In this document: piece by piece, positions 55,462 to 64,000 of the stretch
Numbering within the stretch: position 1 is the stretch's first letter
Layout: the number at the start of each line of letters is the position of its first letter
NCBI GenBank assembly: GCA_964569655.1
Contig: CAZMTN010000001.1
Location: 64,542 to 128,541 of the forward strand
Direction of reading: 5' to 3'
From: an uncultured Candidatus Saccharibacteria bacterium
GTDB taxonomy: Bacteria; Patescibacteriota; Minisyncoccia; Phycocordibacterales; Phycocordibacteraceae
Length of the DNA stretch: 64,000 nt
Notes under the pieces: model-generated
The model's input: the letters and a program-made list of their open reading frames with translations, nothing else
Databases searched by the model: none
Told to the model about the DNA's origin: nothing
Position numbers and translations under genes: made by a program

Positions 55462-56628
55462 TTACGGCATGAATTGCTTGAAGAATTTCTCGATAACGGA
55501 GCCGAGCTTCGGCATTTTGGACGGCCGGGAGGCCTCGGTCTCCCCGGTGAGGCCCCAGATGGCGAGTCCGTAGGATACGGCCCAGGTGGCGTCGCGGATT
55601 TTGCCGTTGTCCGCTGTCTTCAGGTCCGCGATGCGGGACGGGAGATTGAGCGCATGCTTCGCGATGTCCACTACGGAGCCCTGTCCCGAGCCGCCGCCGG
55701 AGAGGATGATGCCTGCCGGCAGCATGCCGCGGCGTCCGAGCGATTTCACGTGCTTCTCGACGAGATCGAACATGTGCTCGAAGCGGCCGACGATGATGTC
55801 GTCCACCTTGCGGCGCGGATACATCGCTCCCGAGAGCTTGCCGAGCTTGAGGCGCTCCGCATCCTCGAGCGAGACCTTGAATCCGAGTGCGAGGTCGTCG
55901 GTGACGTTGGTGGAGCCGATCGGGAACACCTTCACGGATACTGGGATGCCCTCGTCGTAGACCACGATAGAGACGGTCTCAGCGCCGATATTGGCGAGCA
56001 CGCATCCTTTGGTCTTCTGGTCGCGAGTGAGCGTCACGTAGGAGCCCGCGAGCGGGGAAGCCATGTAGTCGATGACGGCGATGTCCGCGTCCTCGACCGC
56101 GCTCGTGAGCGCGTCCGCATGCTGCGAGAGACAGGTGACGAAGAGATAGTCCGCCTCGAGGCGCGTGCCCTTCATGCCGACCGGATCGCCGAGCACCTTC
56201 TGGCCGTCTATGCGGTATTCGAGCGGGATCTCGTGCAATACCTTTCTATTTAAAAAAGCCGCGCCGGCAGCGCTCTTCGCCGCCTCGCGCGCCTTATCGA
56301 TATCGAGGTCGGTGATCTCCTGGTCCGCGCGCGAGATGACGGTCTCTCCGGACGTGCGGCATTCGTCGAGGCTGATGCCTCCGACCGCGAGGAAGCCCGC
56401 GGATACGCGGACGCCCGCGATGGATTCCGCCTGGGCTTTGGCCGAGCGCACGCTCTCCGCTACGTCCTCCTTGTTGACGACATATCCGTGGCGCAATCCT
56501 TTGGATTCCGCGAGGCCGGTACCGATGATGTGGGGAACAAGTCCGCTTGGTCCGCGGACTTCCTCAACGATGACGACCTTTATCTGGCTGGTGCCGAGGT
56601 CGATGCCGGTTGCGATTCTTCGTTTCAT
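55462..56628 (-). CDS. ftsA: cell division protein FtsA
   Basis: Actin-like ATPase (RRIATGIDLGTSQIKVVI...) with FtsA domain order. ATG (MKRRIATG) at rc 56626-56628; the track M1 is at 56646. Confidence 0.9.
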   Translation of the reverse strand: MKRRIATGIDLGTSQIKVVIVEEVRGPSGLVPHIIGTGLAESKGLRHGYVVNKEDVAESVRSAKAQAESIAGVRVSAGFLAVGGISLDECRTSGETVISRADQEITDLDIDKAREAAKSAAGAAFLNRKVLHEIPLEYRIDGQKVLGDPVGMKGTRLEADYLFVTCLSQHADALTSAVEDADIAVIDYMASPLAGSYVTLTRDQKTKGCVLANIGAETVSIVVYDEGIPVSVKVFPIGSTNVTDDLALGFKVSLEDAERLKLGKLSGAMYPRRKVDDIIVGRFEHMFDLVEKHVKSLGRRGMLPAGIILSGGGSGQGSVVDIAKHALNLPSRIADLKTADNGKIRDATWAVSYGLAIWGLTGETEASRPSKMPKLGSVIEKFFKQFMP

Positions 56629-57055
56629 GGGAATAGTGAGGAGCAATGCGGAAAAGCAATTCCCGCTCTGCTCTCTCCATTGTAGCCCCGTGTCGCTGTC
56701 CCTTCAAATGTAAGAGTGCGTGGATAAAGAGGAATCCCACGAATCCGGCGGCCGGCAGCTTGTAATCCGGGGCCTGCTCTTTCGCCACCGAGAGGCAGAT
56801 AATCACCTCGCCGCTCTTCTTGCCGGAGACGTACGAGAGCACGTTCGGCGTATAGGTCTTGCCGCGCAGCGACACGTTGAGCGCCTGCGCTTCCTTGGGT
56901 CCCGCGAACGCGAGAGAGATGTCCCAGCCGGGCAGGATCTGAGCTGCAGCCTCTTTGAAAGGGAAGCTCGGCGCCTTAGAACGGGTGCGGTTATTGATAG
57001 CAAAATCCCCGCCTGCAGGAAGCATTCGGGGAGTTGTCGCTCTGGCTTTCGCCAT
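56564..57055 (-). CDS. ybeY: rRNA maturation endoribonuclease YbeY
   Basis: HxxxHxxGxxH zinc motif (FIHALLHLKGQRHG) and N-terminal TYTPNVLSY region. The ORF as read overlaps the ftsA 5' end by about 65 nt. Confidence 0.7.
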   Translation of the reverse strand: MAKARATTPRMLPAGGDFAINNRTRSKAPSFPFKEAAAQILPGWDISLAFAGPKEAQALNVSLRGKTYTPNVLSYVSGKKSGEVIICLSVAKEQAPDYKLPAAGFVGFLFIHALLHLKGQRHGATMERAERELLFRIAPHYSHETKNRNRHRPRHQPDKGRHR

Positions 57056-57059
57056 GGAG

Positions 57060-57323
57060 TTACTTGCGCTTGCCGCGCTTGCCGATGGTGGCCGGGTCGA
57101 TCTTGCCGAGCTTCACGAGCTCGGAGAAGTTCGCCTTCCGCTCGCCGCGGATCATGGCGCGCATGTGGTCCACGTTCTTGGACTTCTGGCGCTCGTAGTA
57201 GCGGCGGTTGCGCATCTCGCGCACGACGCCGAGGGACTGGGCGCGGCGGCTGAAACGGCGAATAAGAGAGGCAGAGCTCTCGTTCTTGCTGCGCTTCACC
57301 TCCACGCGGGTAGCGTTGATCAT
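57060..57323 (-). CDS. rpsU: 30S ribosomal protein S21
   Basis: LIRRFSRRAQSLGVVREMRNRRYYERQ matches bS21. ATG (MINATRVEV) at rc 57321-57323. Confidence 0.8.
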   Translation of the reverse strand: MINATRVEVKRSKNESSASLIRRFSRRAQSLGVVREMRNRRYYERQKSKNVDHMRAMIRGERKANFSELVKLGKIDPATIGKRGKRK

Positions 57324-57404
57324 GCAGGGACAATACCATATGCGGCCTATATAAGACAAGCGGCCCCTCGTGAGAGGAGCCGCTTCTAGGCTGTCGTTAT
57401 AGAG

Positions 57405-57908
57405 CTATATCCTGGCAGCCCCTTTGTACGGGACAGCGAACAGGAGGCCGGCGAAGCATTGGGCGAACAGGCTGCAGAGCCCGAGCGTCATCGCCGTATC
57501 CCAGGACGCGAGGCCGGGGATGTAGAGCCCATAGAACACGAGGATGTACAGGGAGCAGGACGCGAGCGCCTTCTCCCAATCACCCCAGTCCTGGAGGCCA
57601 GGAAAGCCGCCGATCCGCCCGTTTCCGAAGACCGCCTCGAAGAAGATGGCGGCAGGGAAGACGGTCGAGACTAGCACTGTCCCGGACGGGTCCGCGGACA
57701 AACGTTTCGGGAGCACGAGCGCGACCAGGTACCAGCCGCAGCCGATCAAGGCGAAGGTGACCGCCGCCGAGAAGAGCTTCAGCCAGGGAGTCATGACGTT
57801 GCCCGCACTCTCCGCCATCCCGATAGTCCATGAATAGGCGCCGAGATGGAGGGTGAGCGCAACGATGCCGAAAAAACAGAGCAAGGCGAAACCGACCACT
57901 GTCTTCAT
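57405..57908 (-). CDS. hypothetical polytopic membrane protein
   Basis: Five or six hydrophobic helices. ATG (MKTVVGFALL) inside track ORF 57405..57932. Confidence 0.4.
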   Translation of the reverse strand: MKTVVGFALLCFFGIVALTLHLGAYSWTIGMAESAGNVMTPWLKLFSAAVTFALIGCGWYLVALVLPKRLSADPSGTVLVSTVFPAAIFFEAVFGNGRIGGFPGLQDWGDWEKALASCSLYILVFYGLYIPGLASWDTAMTLGLCSLFAQCFAGLLFAVPYKGAARI

Positions 57909-57958
57909 TGTGAAAGACCTCCTTCGTTTCAAAGGAAGTATTACTCCCCTAGGCCGCT

Positions 57959-59101
57959 TTACGCAACCTTCTTGAGCCGCTCGATGAGGTCTGCGAGCGG
58001 GATGAACGTCTCTGTGTGGGTGGAGCGCTCGCGAAGAATCACGGAGCGCTCAAGCGCCTCCTTGCGCCCCATGATGAGAAGGTACGGCGCGTTCACGGTC
58101 TCGGCGAAGCGCATCTGCTCGGTCAGGGATTCGGTGCCGATGCTCTGCGCGAGCGGGATGCGCGCGTGGCGCAGCAGGTCCACCATCTTGATGCTCTCGC
58201 GCTTCGCTTCCTCGCCGATATGCACGAACACGAAGCGGGGCTTAGCGCTCGCCTTGATGACCGGGATAGCGGAGGCGTTGGTGGTGATGCGGATCACGGC
58301 GCCGACAGACGGTACCGCCGTCTTGAAGAATGGGCGGGCGAGCTCGGAGTAGCGCGAGCCCCATACCTTGATGTGCTCGTTGCCGTTGATCTCGAAGCAG
58401 GTCTCCGTCCAGGTGCTGCCGCGGGAAAGGAGATCCGAGGCGAGCTCGTATGGGGTATCGGTAGATTCCAAGTATTCCAGAAGGTCCTCGAAGTGCTTGC
58501 GGCTGGTCTCCGAGAGGTGGTCGGTCGGGGAGGGGAGCACGTCCCGTGCCTCCCCGTTCGCGAGAATCTCCGCGGCCTCGAATACGTCCTTCTTCGCGCA
58601 GGCGACGCAGTCGGCCGGGAGCGCCGCTCCTTGCTTGCGGAAGAACTGGGTGAGCTCGCGCGCGAAGCGTCCGCGGGTCTCCTTGTCTCCCATGCTGTTG
58701 AGGCGGAGCGTGCTCTCTCCCTTCGTGATGTCCGAGACGAGGGCGCGCACGGTGCGGATGAGCACGGCGTCCGCGATGGCGCGGTCCGCGCCGAGCGCAT
58801 GGAACTGGAGCGTGATCACCTTAGGGGACGCACGTCCGGCTGCCGCGTTGGTGTGCCAGGTGAAGATCGGGCGCTGCACGGAGGGCGAGAGGCCCGCATC
58901 GCGCACCTGCTTCAGGAACGCGACGACGTCCTTGCCCGCGGGGTCGAGCGTGTCCACGTTGATGCCCTCCGGATACGGCCCCTTCGCTCCATGGCCCTTC
59001 CTCGCCGCGGCGAGGACCGAGAACGGCGTGAATCCGTAGTACGTGCCTACGGCATGCGCGCGGCGGAGTACGTCGTCAGTACGGAAAGCGTCGGTTTTCA
59101 T
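57959..59101 (-). CDS. histidyl-tRNA-synthetase-like protein (class II core with divergent motif 2, plus anticodon-binding domain)
   Basis: The LRLNSMGDKETRGRF...DCVACAKK...EHFEDLLEYLES segment aligns with the HisRS insertion region, and a C-terminal class II anticodon-binding domain is present. The motif-2 region (IFTWHTNAAAGRASPKVITLQFHALG) lacks the usual FRxERPQ...R...Q arginines. 380 aa. Confidence 0.55.
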   Translation of the reverse strand: MKTDAFRTDDVLRRAHAVGTYYGFTPFSVLAAARKGHGAKGPYPEGINVDTLDPAGKDVVAFLKQVRDAGLSPSVQRPIFTWHTNAAAGRASPKVITLQFHALGADRAIADAVLIRTVRALVSDITKGESTLRLNSMGDKETRGRFARELTQFFRKQGAALPADCVACAKKDVFEAAEILANGEARDVLPSPTDHLSETSRKHFEDLLEYLESTDTPYELASDLLSRGSTWTETCFEINGNEHIKVWGSRYSELARPFFKTAVPSVGAVIRITTNASAIPVIKASAKPRFVFVHIGEEAKRESIKMVDLLRHARIPLAQSIGTESLTEQMRFAETVNAPYLLIMGRKEALERSVILRERSTHTETFIPLADLIERLKKVA

Positions 59102-59649
59102 TCTCGAGATTGGATAGCGCCCGGATTGAGGCCTGCCTGGCCGGGCGGCAGGAGACGGAGCACCGGCTTGCCCATGATGTCGTCCGCCGGCAGCGCGCCC
59201 CAGATGCGGGAATCGGAGCTGTTCGGCCGGTTGTCTCCGAGCACGTAGTATTCGTCCGCGCCAAGGTGCGTCGGCTTCGAGTAGGTAGCGTCTTCCGCGA
59301 CCACGTACGGCTCGTCGAGGACGATCTTCTCGCCAGCAGTCGTCGTGACGGTCACTTCGCCGCGGCTGATGATGACGCTCTCGTTCGGGAGGCCGACAAT
59401 GCGCTTTATGTAGAAGACGGCAGGATTCGCCGGGCTCTTGAATACGATGACGTCGCCGCGCTCGGGCGGATTGAAGCGGTACGAGATCTCGTCGACGATG
59501 AGGTAATCGCCGTTCTCGAACGTCGGCTGCATGGATTCTCCTTCCACGACGAACGGCTGGGCGAGGAAGAGACGGATAGGGAGCACGATGAGCACCGCGA
59601 GGATAACGAAGATCGCTATCTCCTTGAACGCATGCTCAAGAAACTTCAT
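59098..59649 (-). CDS. lepB: signal peptidase I
   Basis: Catalytic Ser box GESMQPTF, Lys box KRIVGLPNE and GDNRPNSSDSR. ATG (MKFLEHAF) at rc 59647-59649. Confidence 0.85.
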   Translation of the reverse strand: MKFLEHAFKEIAIFVILAVLIVLPIRLFLAQPFVVEGESMQPTFENGDYLIVDEISYRFNPPERGDVIVFKSPANPAVFYIKRIVGLPNESVIISRGEVTVTTTAGEKIVLDEPYVVAEDATYSKPTHLGADEYYVLGDNRPNSSDSRIWGALPADDIMGKPVLRLLPPGQAGLNPGAIQSRE

Positions 59650-59693
59650 GCACGCATTGTACGCTTCGCTTTTCGCCGCGCAAGTTTTCAAAG

Positions 59694-59725
59694 AAAAACG
59701 CCTCGCTCATTGAGAGAGCGAGGCG
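59694..59725 (-). terminator. rho-independent terminator (minus strand)
   Basis: Plus strand reads AAAAA CGCCTCGCTC-ATTGAGA-GAGCGAGGCG. The minus-strand reading is the hairpin followed by UUUUUCUUUG. It sits just downstream of the small minus-strand ORF ending at 59740. Confidence 0.6.
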
Positions 59726-59739
59726 CGGATAGGCGCAGG

Positions 59740-59970
59740 TCAGCTGATCCAGGCGGCCTTGATGAGCGCTGCCTGGACGTCATCGAAGCGTATGAGGCAT
59801 ATCTCCCAGCCCTTAACGAGGCCGGTGTCGATCGCCGCCTTGTCCGGGTACCGGATGCGCTCGTGCAGCTCCATCTCCTTGAGCTGGTTCACGATGCCGC
59901 GGGCCGTGTACTGCGGGGAGATCCATATGGCATCCGGATGCCTCTCCTCGGACACGACGCGGCAGGTCAT
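59740..59970 (-). CDS. hypothetical small protein (about 76 aa, possibly longer with a non-ATG start)
   Basis: The C-terminal part of track ORF 59740..60549 (MTCRVVSEERHPDAIWISPQYTARGIVNQLKEMELH...) has protein-like composition and is followed by a terminator. The N-terminal two-thirds of the track ORF are S/P/R-rich artefact. Confidence 0.3.
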   Translation of the reverse strand: MTCRVVSEERHPDAIWISPQYTARGIVNQLKEMELHERIRYPDKAAIDTGLVKGWEICLIRFDDVQAALIKAAWIS

Positions 59971-60178
59971 CGGCGCATCCTTATAGGCAGAGGAATAGCA
60001 GAACCGGTCGCCTACCTTCTGTAATGCGTGTGTGAGATCGAGAATAGCGGCGGAAGCGCAGAGGAATTCTGCTCGCGGGAGCTGGCTAAAGAGCATGCAA
60101 AGCCTCGGTGAAAAACAGGTTGCCCCATGAGCGTACTCGCGTCGATTGCCTCCGTCAAACGTGCTACCATCCCGGCAT

Positions 60179-60775
60179 ATGGCAATCGTCATCGTCGGCA
60201 TCGGGAACCCCGGCAAGGAATACGAGAAGACCCGGCATAACGCAGGTCGCATGGCGGTCGCGCTCCTCGCGAAGCAGGAGGGCTTCGACGAGTTCGAATT
60301 GAAGAAGGGCGCGAACGCCTTCATCTCAGAAGGGACCATAGATGGAGAGAAAGTCGTCCTCGCGCTTCCAGAAACGTACGTGAACCTGTCCGGAAAGTCC
60401 GTATCTGCGCTTGTTAAGTCCGTGAAGGCGGCGAAGAACCTCATCGTCGTGCGCGACGATCTCGACCTCCCGCTCGGCGTCACCAAGATGACCTTCGCTC
60501 GCGGAAGCGGCGGACACAAGGGCGTGGAGTCCATCATGCGCGCCATCAAGACCGATCAGTTCGCGCAGCTGAAGATCGGCATCTCAGGAGCCGGTAAGCG
60601 CAACCAGGCGAAGAAGGTCTCCGGAGACGAGAAGGTGATGAAGCACGTGATCGGGAAGTTCAAGCCGACGGAAGAGTCCGCGCTCAAGAAGTCGCTCAAG
60701 AAGGCCGCAGGAGCGCTGCGCACCTTCGTCACCGACGGCATCGAGAAGGCGACGATGGAGGCGAATACGAGGTAG
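60179..60775 (+). CDS. pth: peptidyl-tRNA hydrolase
   Basis: MAIVIVGIGNPGKEYEKTRHNAG N-terminus with the catalytic His, and the Pth fold. ATG at 60179 inside track ORF 60146..60775. Confidence 0.9.
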   Translation: MAIVIVGIGNPGKEYEKTRHNAGRMAVALLAKQEGFDEFELKKGANAFISEGTIDGEKVVLALPETYVNLSGKSVSALVKSVKAAKNLIVVRDDLDLPLGVTKMTFARGSGGHKGVESIMRAIKTDQFAQLKIGISGAGKRNQAKKVSGDEKVMKHVIGKFKPTEESALKKSLKKAAGALRTFVTDGIEKATMEANTR

Positions 60776-60832
60776 CTTGCTATAAGTCCGGGCTCCAGTA
60801 TCCTACGCTCGGAACTGGCACAGGAGGCCCGC

Positions 60833-61378
60833 ATGGGCGAGACCAGAGTAAATCGAATCGAGTCTTATCAATACGTCGGGGCAGCGCTTCACGCCTACCT
60901 CGCATCTCTTGTAGATCAGGGGAAGCAGCTCGACCGCTGGACCAGTGAAGAGCGTTCGCCGCTCCAGCTGCTTACACTTGGAATGTTTCTTGCAAGCAAC
61001 GACCTCTATCGCAAAGTGCATGCCTCGTCGCCGTCTGCCGAGGCGACGATAGAGAAGGTCAATGTGAGCGAATTGCGCGTGTCCATACGCGGGCATCGTA
61101 TGGATCCGCCGCATATGGTCGGCCAGGAATTCCTGAGCCGGAACGCGGAATCGTACGGCATCGATTACTGTTCATCCTACGTTCGCGGCAATAGCTGGTT
61201 CGAATTCGTGCTGGAGCCCTTCCAATACAAGGGGTTCCTGCAGAAGTATCAGCCAGAGCTTGTCGCGTTCGGCGAGAATGCGCTCATGAAGATCGTTGCG
61301 CTCGCCGAGCCCCGGGTCTACGAAGCGGCCATGGATGCTTGGTGGGAGAATAAGTATCCTGATCCAGACGAAGCCTAA
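60833..61378 (+). CDS. hypothetical protein (181 aa)
   Basis: Soluble with balanced composition. A terminator follows immediately. No recognised domain. Confidence 0.45.
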   Translation: MGETRVNRIESYQYVGAALHAYLASLVDQGKQLDRWTSEERSPLQLLTLGMFLASNDLYRKVHASSPSAEATIEKVNVSELRVSIRGHRMDPPHMVGQEFLSRNAESYGIDYCSSYVRGNSWFEFVLEPFQYKGFLQKYQPELVAFGENALMKIVALAEPRVYEAAMDAWWENKYPDPDEA

Positions 61379-61380
61379 AC

Positions 61381-61420
61381 AAAAAAACCGCCGGATAAAT
61401 ATCCGGCGGTTTTTCTCTTT
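61381..61420. terminator. bidirectional rho-independent terminator
   Basis: AAAAAAA CCGCCGGAT-AAAT-ATCCGGCGG TTTTT sits between the convergent stops at 61378 (plus) and 61423 (minus). Confidence 0.7.
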
Positions 61421-61422
61421 GC

Positions 61423-62568
61423 TTACTTCTTCTTCGCGCCTCCCGCGAACGAGAGCGTCATGCGCTGATCCTTCGGTTCGAAGAGAGTGATCTTGAACGG
61501 ATAGCTCTTGCCGAGCTCGAGCGCATCGCGCAGGGCCTGCGGCGTCTCGAATTCCGAGATGTGCACGAGGCCGGCGACGCCTTCCTCCACCGACGCGAGC
61601 GCGCCATGCTTGTTGTACTTGATGACAACGCCCTCCACGTCCTGGCCCTTCTGGTAGCGGTCTCCCGCGGTCTTCCAAGGGTTCTCCTTGAGCGCCTTGA
61701 TGGAGAGGGAGATCTTGCCCTCCTTGATCTCGATAACCTTCACCTTCACGCGCTCGCCGACCTTGAAGAGTGAGCGAGGGTCCTCCACGAGACCCCAATC
61801 GAGCTCGCTGATGTGGACGAGGCCTTCGAGGCCCTGTTCGAGCTTCACGAAGACGCCGAAGTCGACGACGCCCGTGACCTCGCCCTCAACGGTATCGCCG
61901 ACGACATACTTGTCGATGAGGTTAGCCTTCTCGGTATCCTCTTCGCCGGTGCGCTCGGAGAAGATGAGCTTACCTTCGCGGGCGTCCGCGGTGATGATGC
62001 GGACCGGGACCGATACGCCGATGAGCTTCTTGAGCTCGCCGAGGATCTTCTCCTTGTCTCCCTCAGGCACGCGCGGGTAGTGCTCCTTCGCGAGCTGGGA
62101 AGCCGGGAGGAAGCCCTGGATGCCCTGCCACGAGAGCATGAGGCCACCCTTGTTGGCTTCCTCGATGGTGAGGTTGTAAATAGTCTGCGCGGCGATAGCC
62201 TGCTCAGCCTCGCCCCAGATAGCCGCCTGCCGAGCTTCCTTGAGGGAGAGCTCGATGTATCCTTCGCGGCCGGCGACATCCACCACCTTCGCGGTGATGG
62301 TGTCTCCGATGTTCGCCTTGCGGAGCACGTCTGCGGCGTTCAGGTACTCGCGGCCGTAGATGAGGCCGGTGCCGAACGGCGGGAGGTCGATATAGAGGCG
62401 ACCGCGCCCGAGCGCGATGATCTTGCCTTCGATAAGGTCGCCGGGACTCGGCGGGGTAGGGATCGAGTCCGCGAGCGACGCCATGGCGTTGTTCGCGTCG
62501 ATCACCAATGCTGGCGCCGGCGAAGCCGGGCGCTTTGCTACTTCTTCCATATAAATTGCGGTGCGCAT
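61423..62568 (-). CDS. rpsA: 30S ribosomal protein S1 (short form, about 4 S1 domains)
   Basis: Repeated S1 OB-fold motifs (GDLIEGKIIALGRGRLYIDL, GDTITAKVVDV, GDTVEGEVTGVVDFGVFVKL, GQDVEGVVIKYNKHGALASV). The N-terminal start is uncertain, with candidate Met codons at M1, M7 and M29. Confidence 0.8.
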   Translation of the reverse strand: MRTAIYMEEVAKRPASPAPALVIDANNAMASLADSIPTPPSPGDLIEGKIIALGRGRLYIDLPPFGTGLIYGREYLNAADVLRKANIGDTITAKVVDVAGREGYIELSLKEARQAAIWGEAEQAIAAQTIYNLTIEEANKGGLMLSWQGIQGFLPASQLAKEHYPRVPEGDKEKILGELKKLIGVSVPVRIITADAREGKLIFSERTGEEDTEKANLIDKYVVGDTVEGEVTGVVDFGVFVKLEQGLEGLVHISELDWGLVEDPRSLFKVGERVKVKVIEIKEGKISLSIKALKENPWKTAGDRYQKGQDVEGVVIKYNKHGALASVEEGVAGLVHISEFETPQALRDALELGKSYPFKITLFEPKDQRMTLSFAGGAKKK

Positions 62569-63020
62569 TTTCCGGAGCGGGTGTCGGTTTCCCGAGGGTT
62601 AAGCCGTCCGTACTTCTTTGCACTCGATATGAGGAATCTACCACGGCCTATATAAAAGGAAAAGGGCGCGTCGATCTATTGATCGTACGCGCCCTAGGCC
62701 CTTCCTGGCGGCTTTATCGGTTCACCGCTCTCTTGACCGGATTCCGGGCAATCGGCGGCGATGGGCCCACACGGATGCCCGTGCGGGGCGGGTTCAGATG
62801 CAGGAACGGGGTCCTCCCTTGCTGCGGGTACTCATCCTGGGACTCTCCCAGGGATTCTTGCGTCCTCTCGGACATGTTCTTCTCCTTGCGAGAAACAGAG
62901 GGGAAAAATGCAGCCGCCTCGGGTGAGGCGGATTAGCCGTAATATAACCCGTGGGGCAGATGTAGTCAACAGCCAATCGCAGGCGCAGACACACACTTTC
63001 ATGCTATAATCAGGGTACAA

Positions 63021-63662
63021 ATGGTCATCACCCACCACGGCGGACAGTGCTTCAAGATCACCTTCGGCGACCTCACCATCGCCTTCGACCCTATCTCGAA
63101 GAACGGCACCCTCCCGAGCGTGAAGTTCGGCGCGGACATCGCCATCGTATCGAGGAATCATCCGGACATGAACGGCGTCGCGGAAGTCACCTACGGAGAG
63201 CGCGAGCCGTTCGTCGTGAGCGGCCCCGGAGAATACGAGCTCGGCGGCGTCACCGTGCAGGGCTTCTACACGAAGTCGAAGTACGGCCTCCAGAAGGGCG
63301 AGACGGAGGCGGCGAACACCATCTACGCGCTCGGCCTCGAGGATATGAACCTCGTGTTCCTGGGCGCCCTCAGCGACAAGACTCTGCCCGCAGACGCGCG
63401 CGAAGCTATCGACGAGATCGACATCCTCTTCGTGCCGGTCGGCGGAGACGGCGTGCTCTCGCCTGCGGACGCGCATGAGCTCGCGGTATCGCTCGAGCCG
63501 AAGATCATCATTCCGATGCACTGGAGCGGCATGGGCGCCGATACCGCGCTCAAGGCCTTCCTCAAGGAGGAAGGCGGGGAAGCCGAGACGGTAGAGAAGC
63601 TCACCCTCAAGAAGAAGGACGCCGCCGCGAAGGACGGTGCTATCATAGTGGTGAAGCCATAG
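63021..63662 (+). CDS. MBL-fold metal-dependent hydrolase (UPF0173-like)
   Basis: IITHHGGQCFKI start and His/Asp metal ligands (HPDMNG, PMHW) in a 213-aa beta-lactamase fold. TATAAT lies 13 nt before the ATG. Confidence 0.7.
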   Translation: MVITHHGGQCFKITFGDLTIAFDPISKNGTLPSVKFGADIAIVSRNHPDMNGVAEVTYGEREPFVVSGPGEYELGGVTVQGFYTKSKYGLQKGETEAANTIYALGLEDMNLVFLGALSDKTLPADAREAIDEIDILFVPVGGDGVLSPADAHELAVSLEPKIIIPMHWSGMGADTALKAFLKEEGGEAETVEKLTLKKKDAAAKDGAIIVVKP

Positions 63663-63665
63663 CCT

Positions 63666-64000
63666 ATGTTCGAATACATCGAAAAACTCAAGGTGAAGCC
63701 GGCCCACGCGCGACAGCGCATCGCGTTCGCTTCAGCGACCGGCATCACTGCGGTCGTCGCGGTCGGCTGGGTGGCTGTGACGGCCACGAGCGGCACCTTC
63801 GCCCTCAATAGCGAGTTCTCGCCGAGTCCGGACATGCCAGCTGATTTCAACGAGGCCTTCGCGGATACCCGTTCCGGATTCGACAGCCTCCTCGGCGCCG
63901 TCGGCGCGTTCCAGTCCGGGGAGCAGCAGGGCCGGATCATCGTCGAGACCGAAACCTCTACCTCGCTCGACAAGGGCGAGGCTACCGTCATCCCGTTCTA
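63666..64000 (+). CDS. hypothetical membrane-anchored protein, 3' end truncated by window
   Basis: ATG at 63666 (MFEYIEKLKVKPAHARQRIAFASATGITAVVAVGWVAVTATSG...). The frame is open to the end of the window. Confidence 0.35.
   Translation, partial: MFEYIEKLKVKPAHARQRIAFASATGITAVVAVGWVAVTATSGTFALNSEFSPSPDMPADFNEAFADTRSGFDSLLGAVGAFQSGEQQGRIIVETETSTSLDKGEATVIPF

Noticed and set aside
59110-60024. 304-aa plus-strand ORF across the lepB and pth intergenic region
   Set aside because: It is Arg/Asp-rich antisense to lepB. A short minus-strand gene plus terminator explains the region better.

Overview
Gene-dense, high-GC (about 60-65%) bacterial chromosomal segment coded on both strands, dominated by housekeeping genes. 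The long GC-rich antisense ORFs in the track are frame artefacts. Recognised genes include msrA, msrB, nth, rnj, secG, groES, groL, htpX, a P-type ATPase, a class II ribonucleotide reductase, murJ, lepA, valS, tsaD, tsaC, nfi, trxB, ftsZ, ftsA, ybeY, rpsU, lepB, pth and rpsA. The ORF track cannot show RNA genes; I find seven tRNAs (Ser-GGA, Gly-CCC, Arg-CCT, Phe-GAA, Val-GAC, Ser-CGA, Glu-TTC) and an RNase P RNA (rnpB) on the minus strand at about 27471..27810, hidden under a spurious ORF. I also see roughly a dozen rho-independent terminators and several sigma70-like promoters. Many genes have a -10 box only 6-13 nt upstream of the ATG, which implies frequent leaderless mRNAs. Shortened ValRS and S1, HhH-GPD glycosylases with few or no Fe-S cysteines, a solitary substrate-binding protein, an O-antigen-ligase/TPR membrane protein and DUF192 suggest a small-genome lineage, possibly a high-GC Parcubacteria-type organism; this is inference only. 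The most interesting points are: (1) a thiol-redox and protein-repair island (DsbA, VKOR, MsrA, MsrB, SIMPL) carrying an uncharacterised 568-aa protein fused into the msrA operon; (2) two low-GC LAGLIDADG homing-endonuclease-like ORFs that each run directly into a tRNA gene; (3) two minus-strand genes whose ATG shares the terminal A of an upstream tRNA's encoded CCA; (4) a roughly 160-nt structured RNA candidate with a nested 14-bp closing helix and its own terminator between nth and a HAD hydrolase gene; (5) a sigma70-region-4-only protein after an rnj gene that has an N-terminal RG-rich extension. All coordinates for RNA genes and hairpins were counted by hand from neighbouring ORF boundaries and may be off by 1-2 nt.
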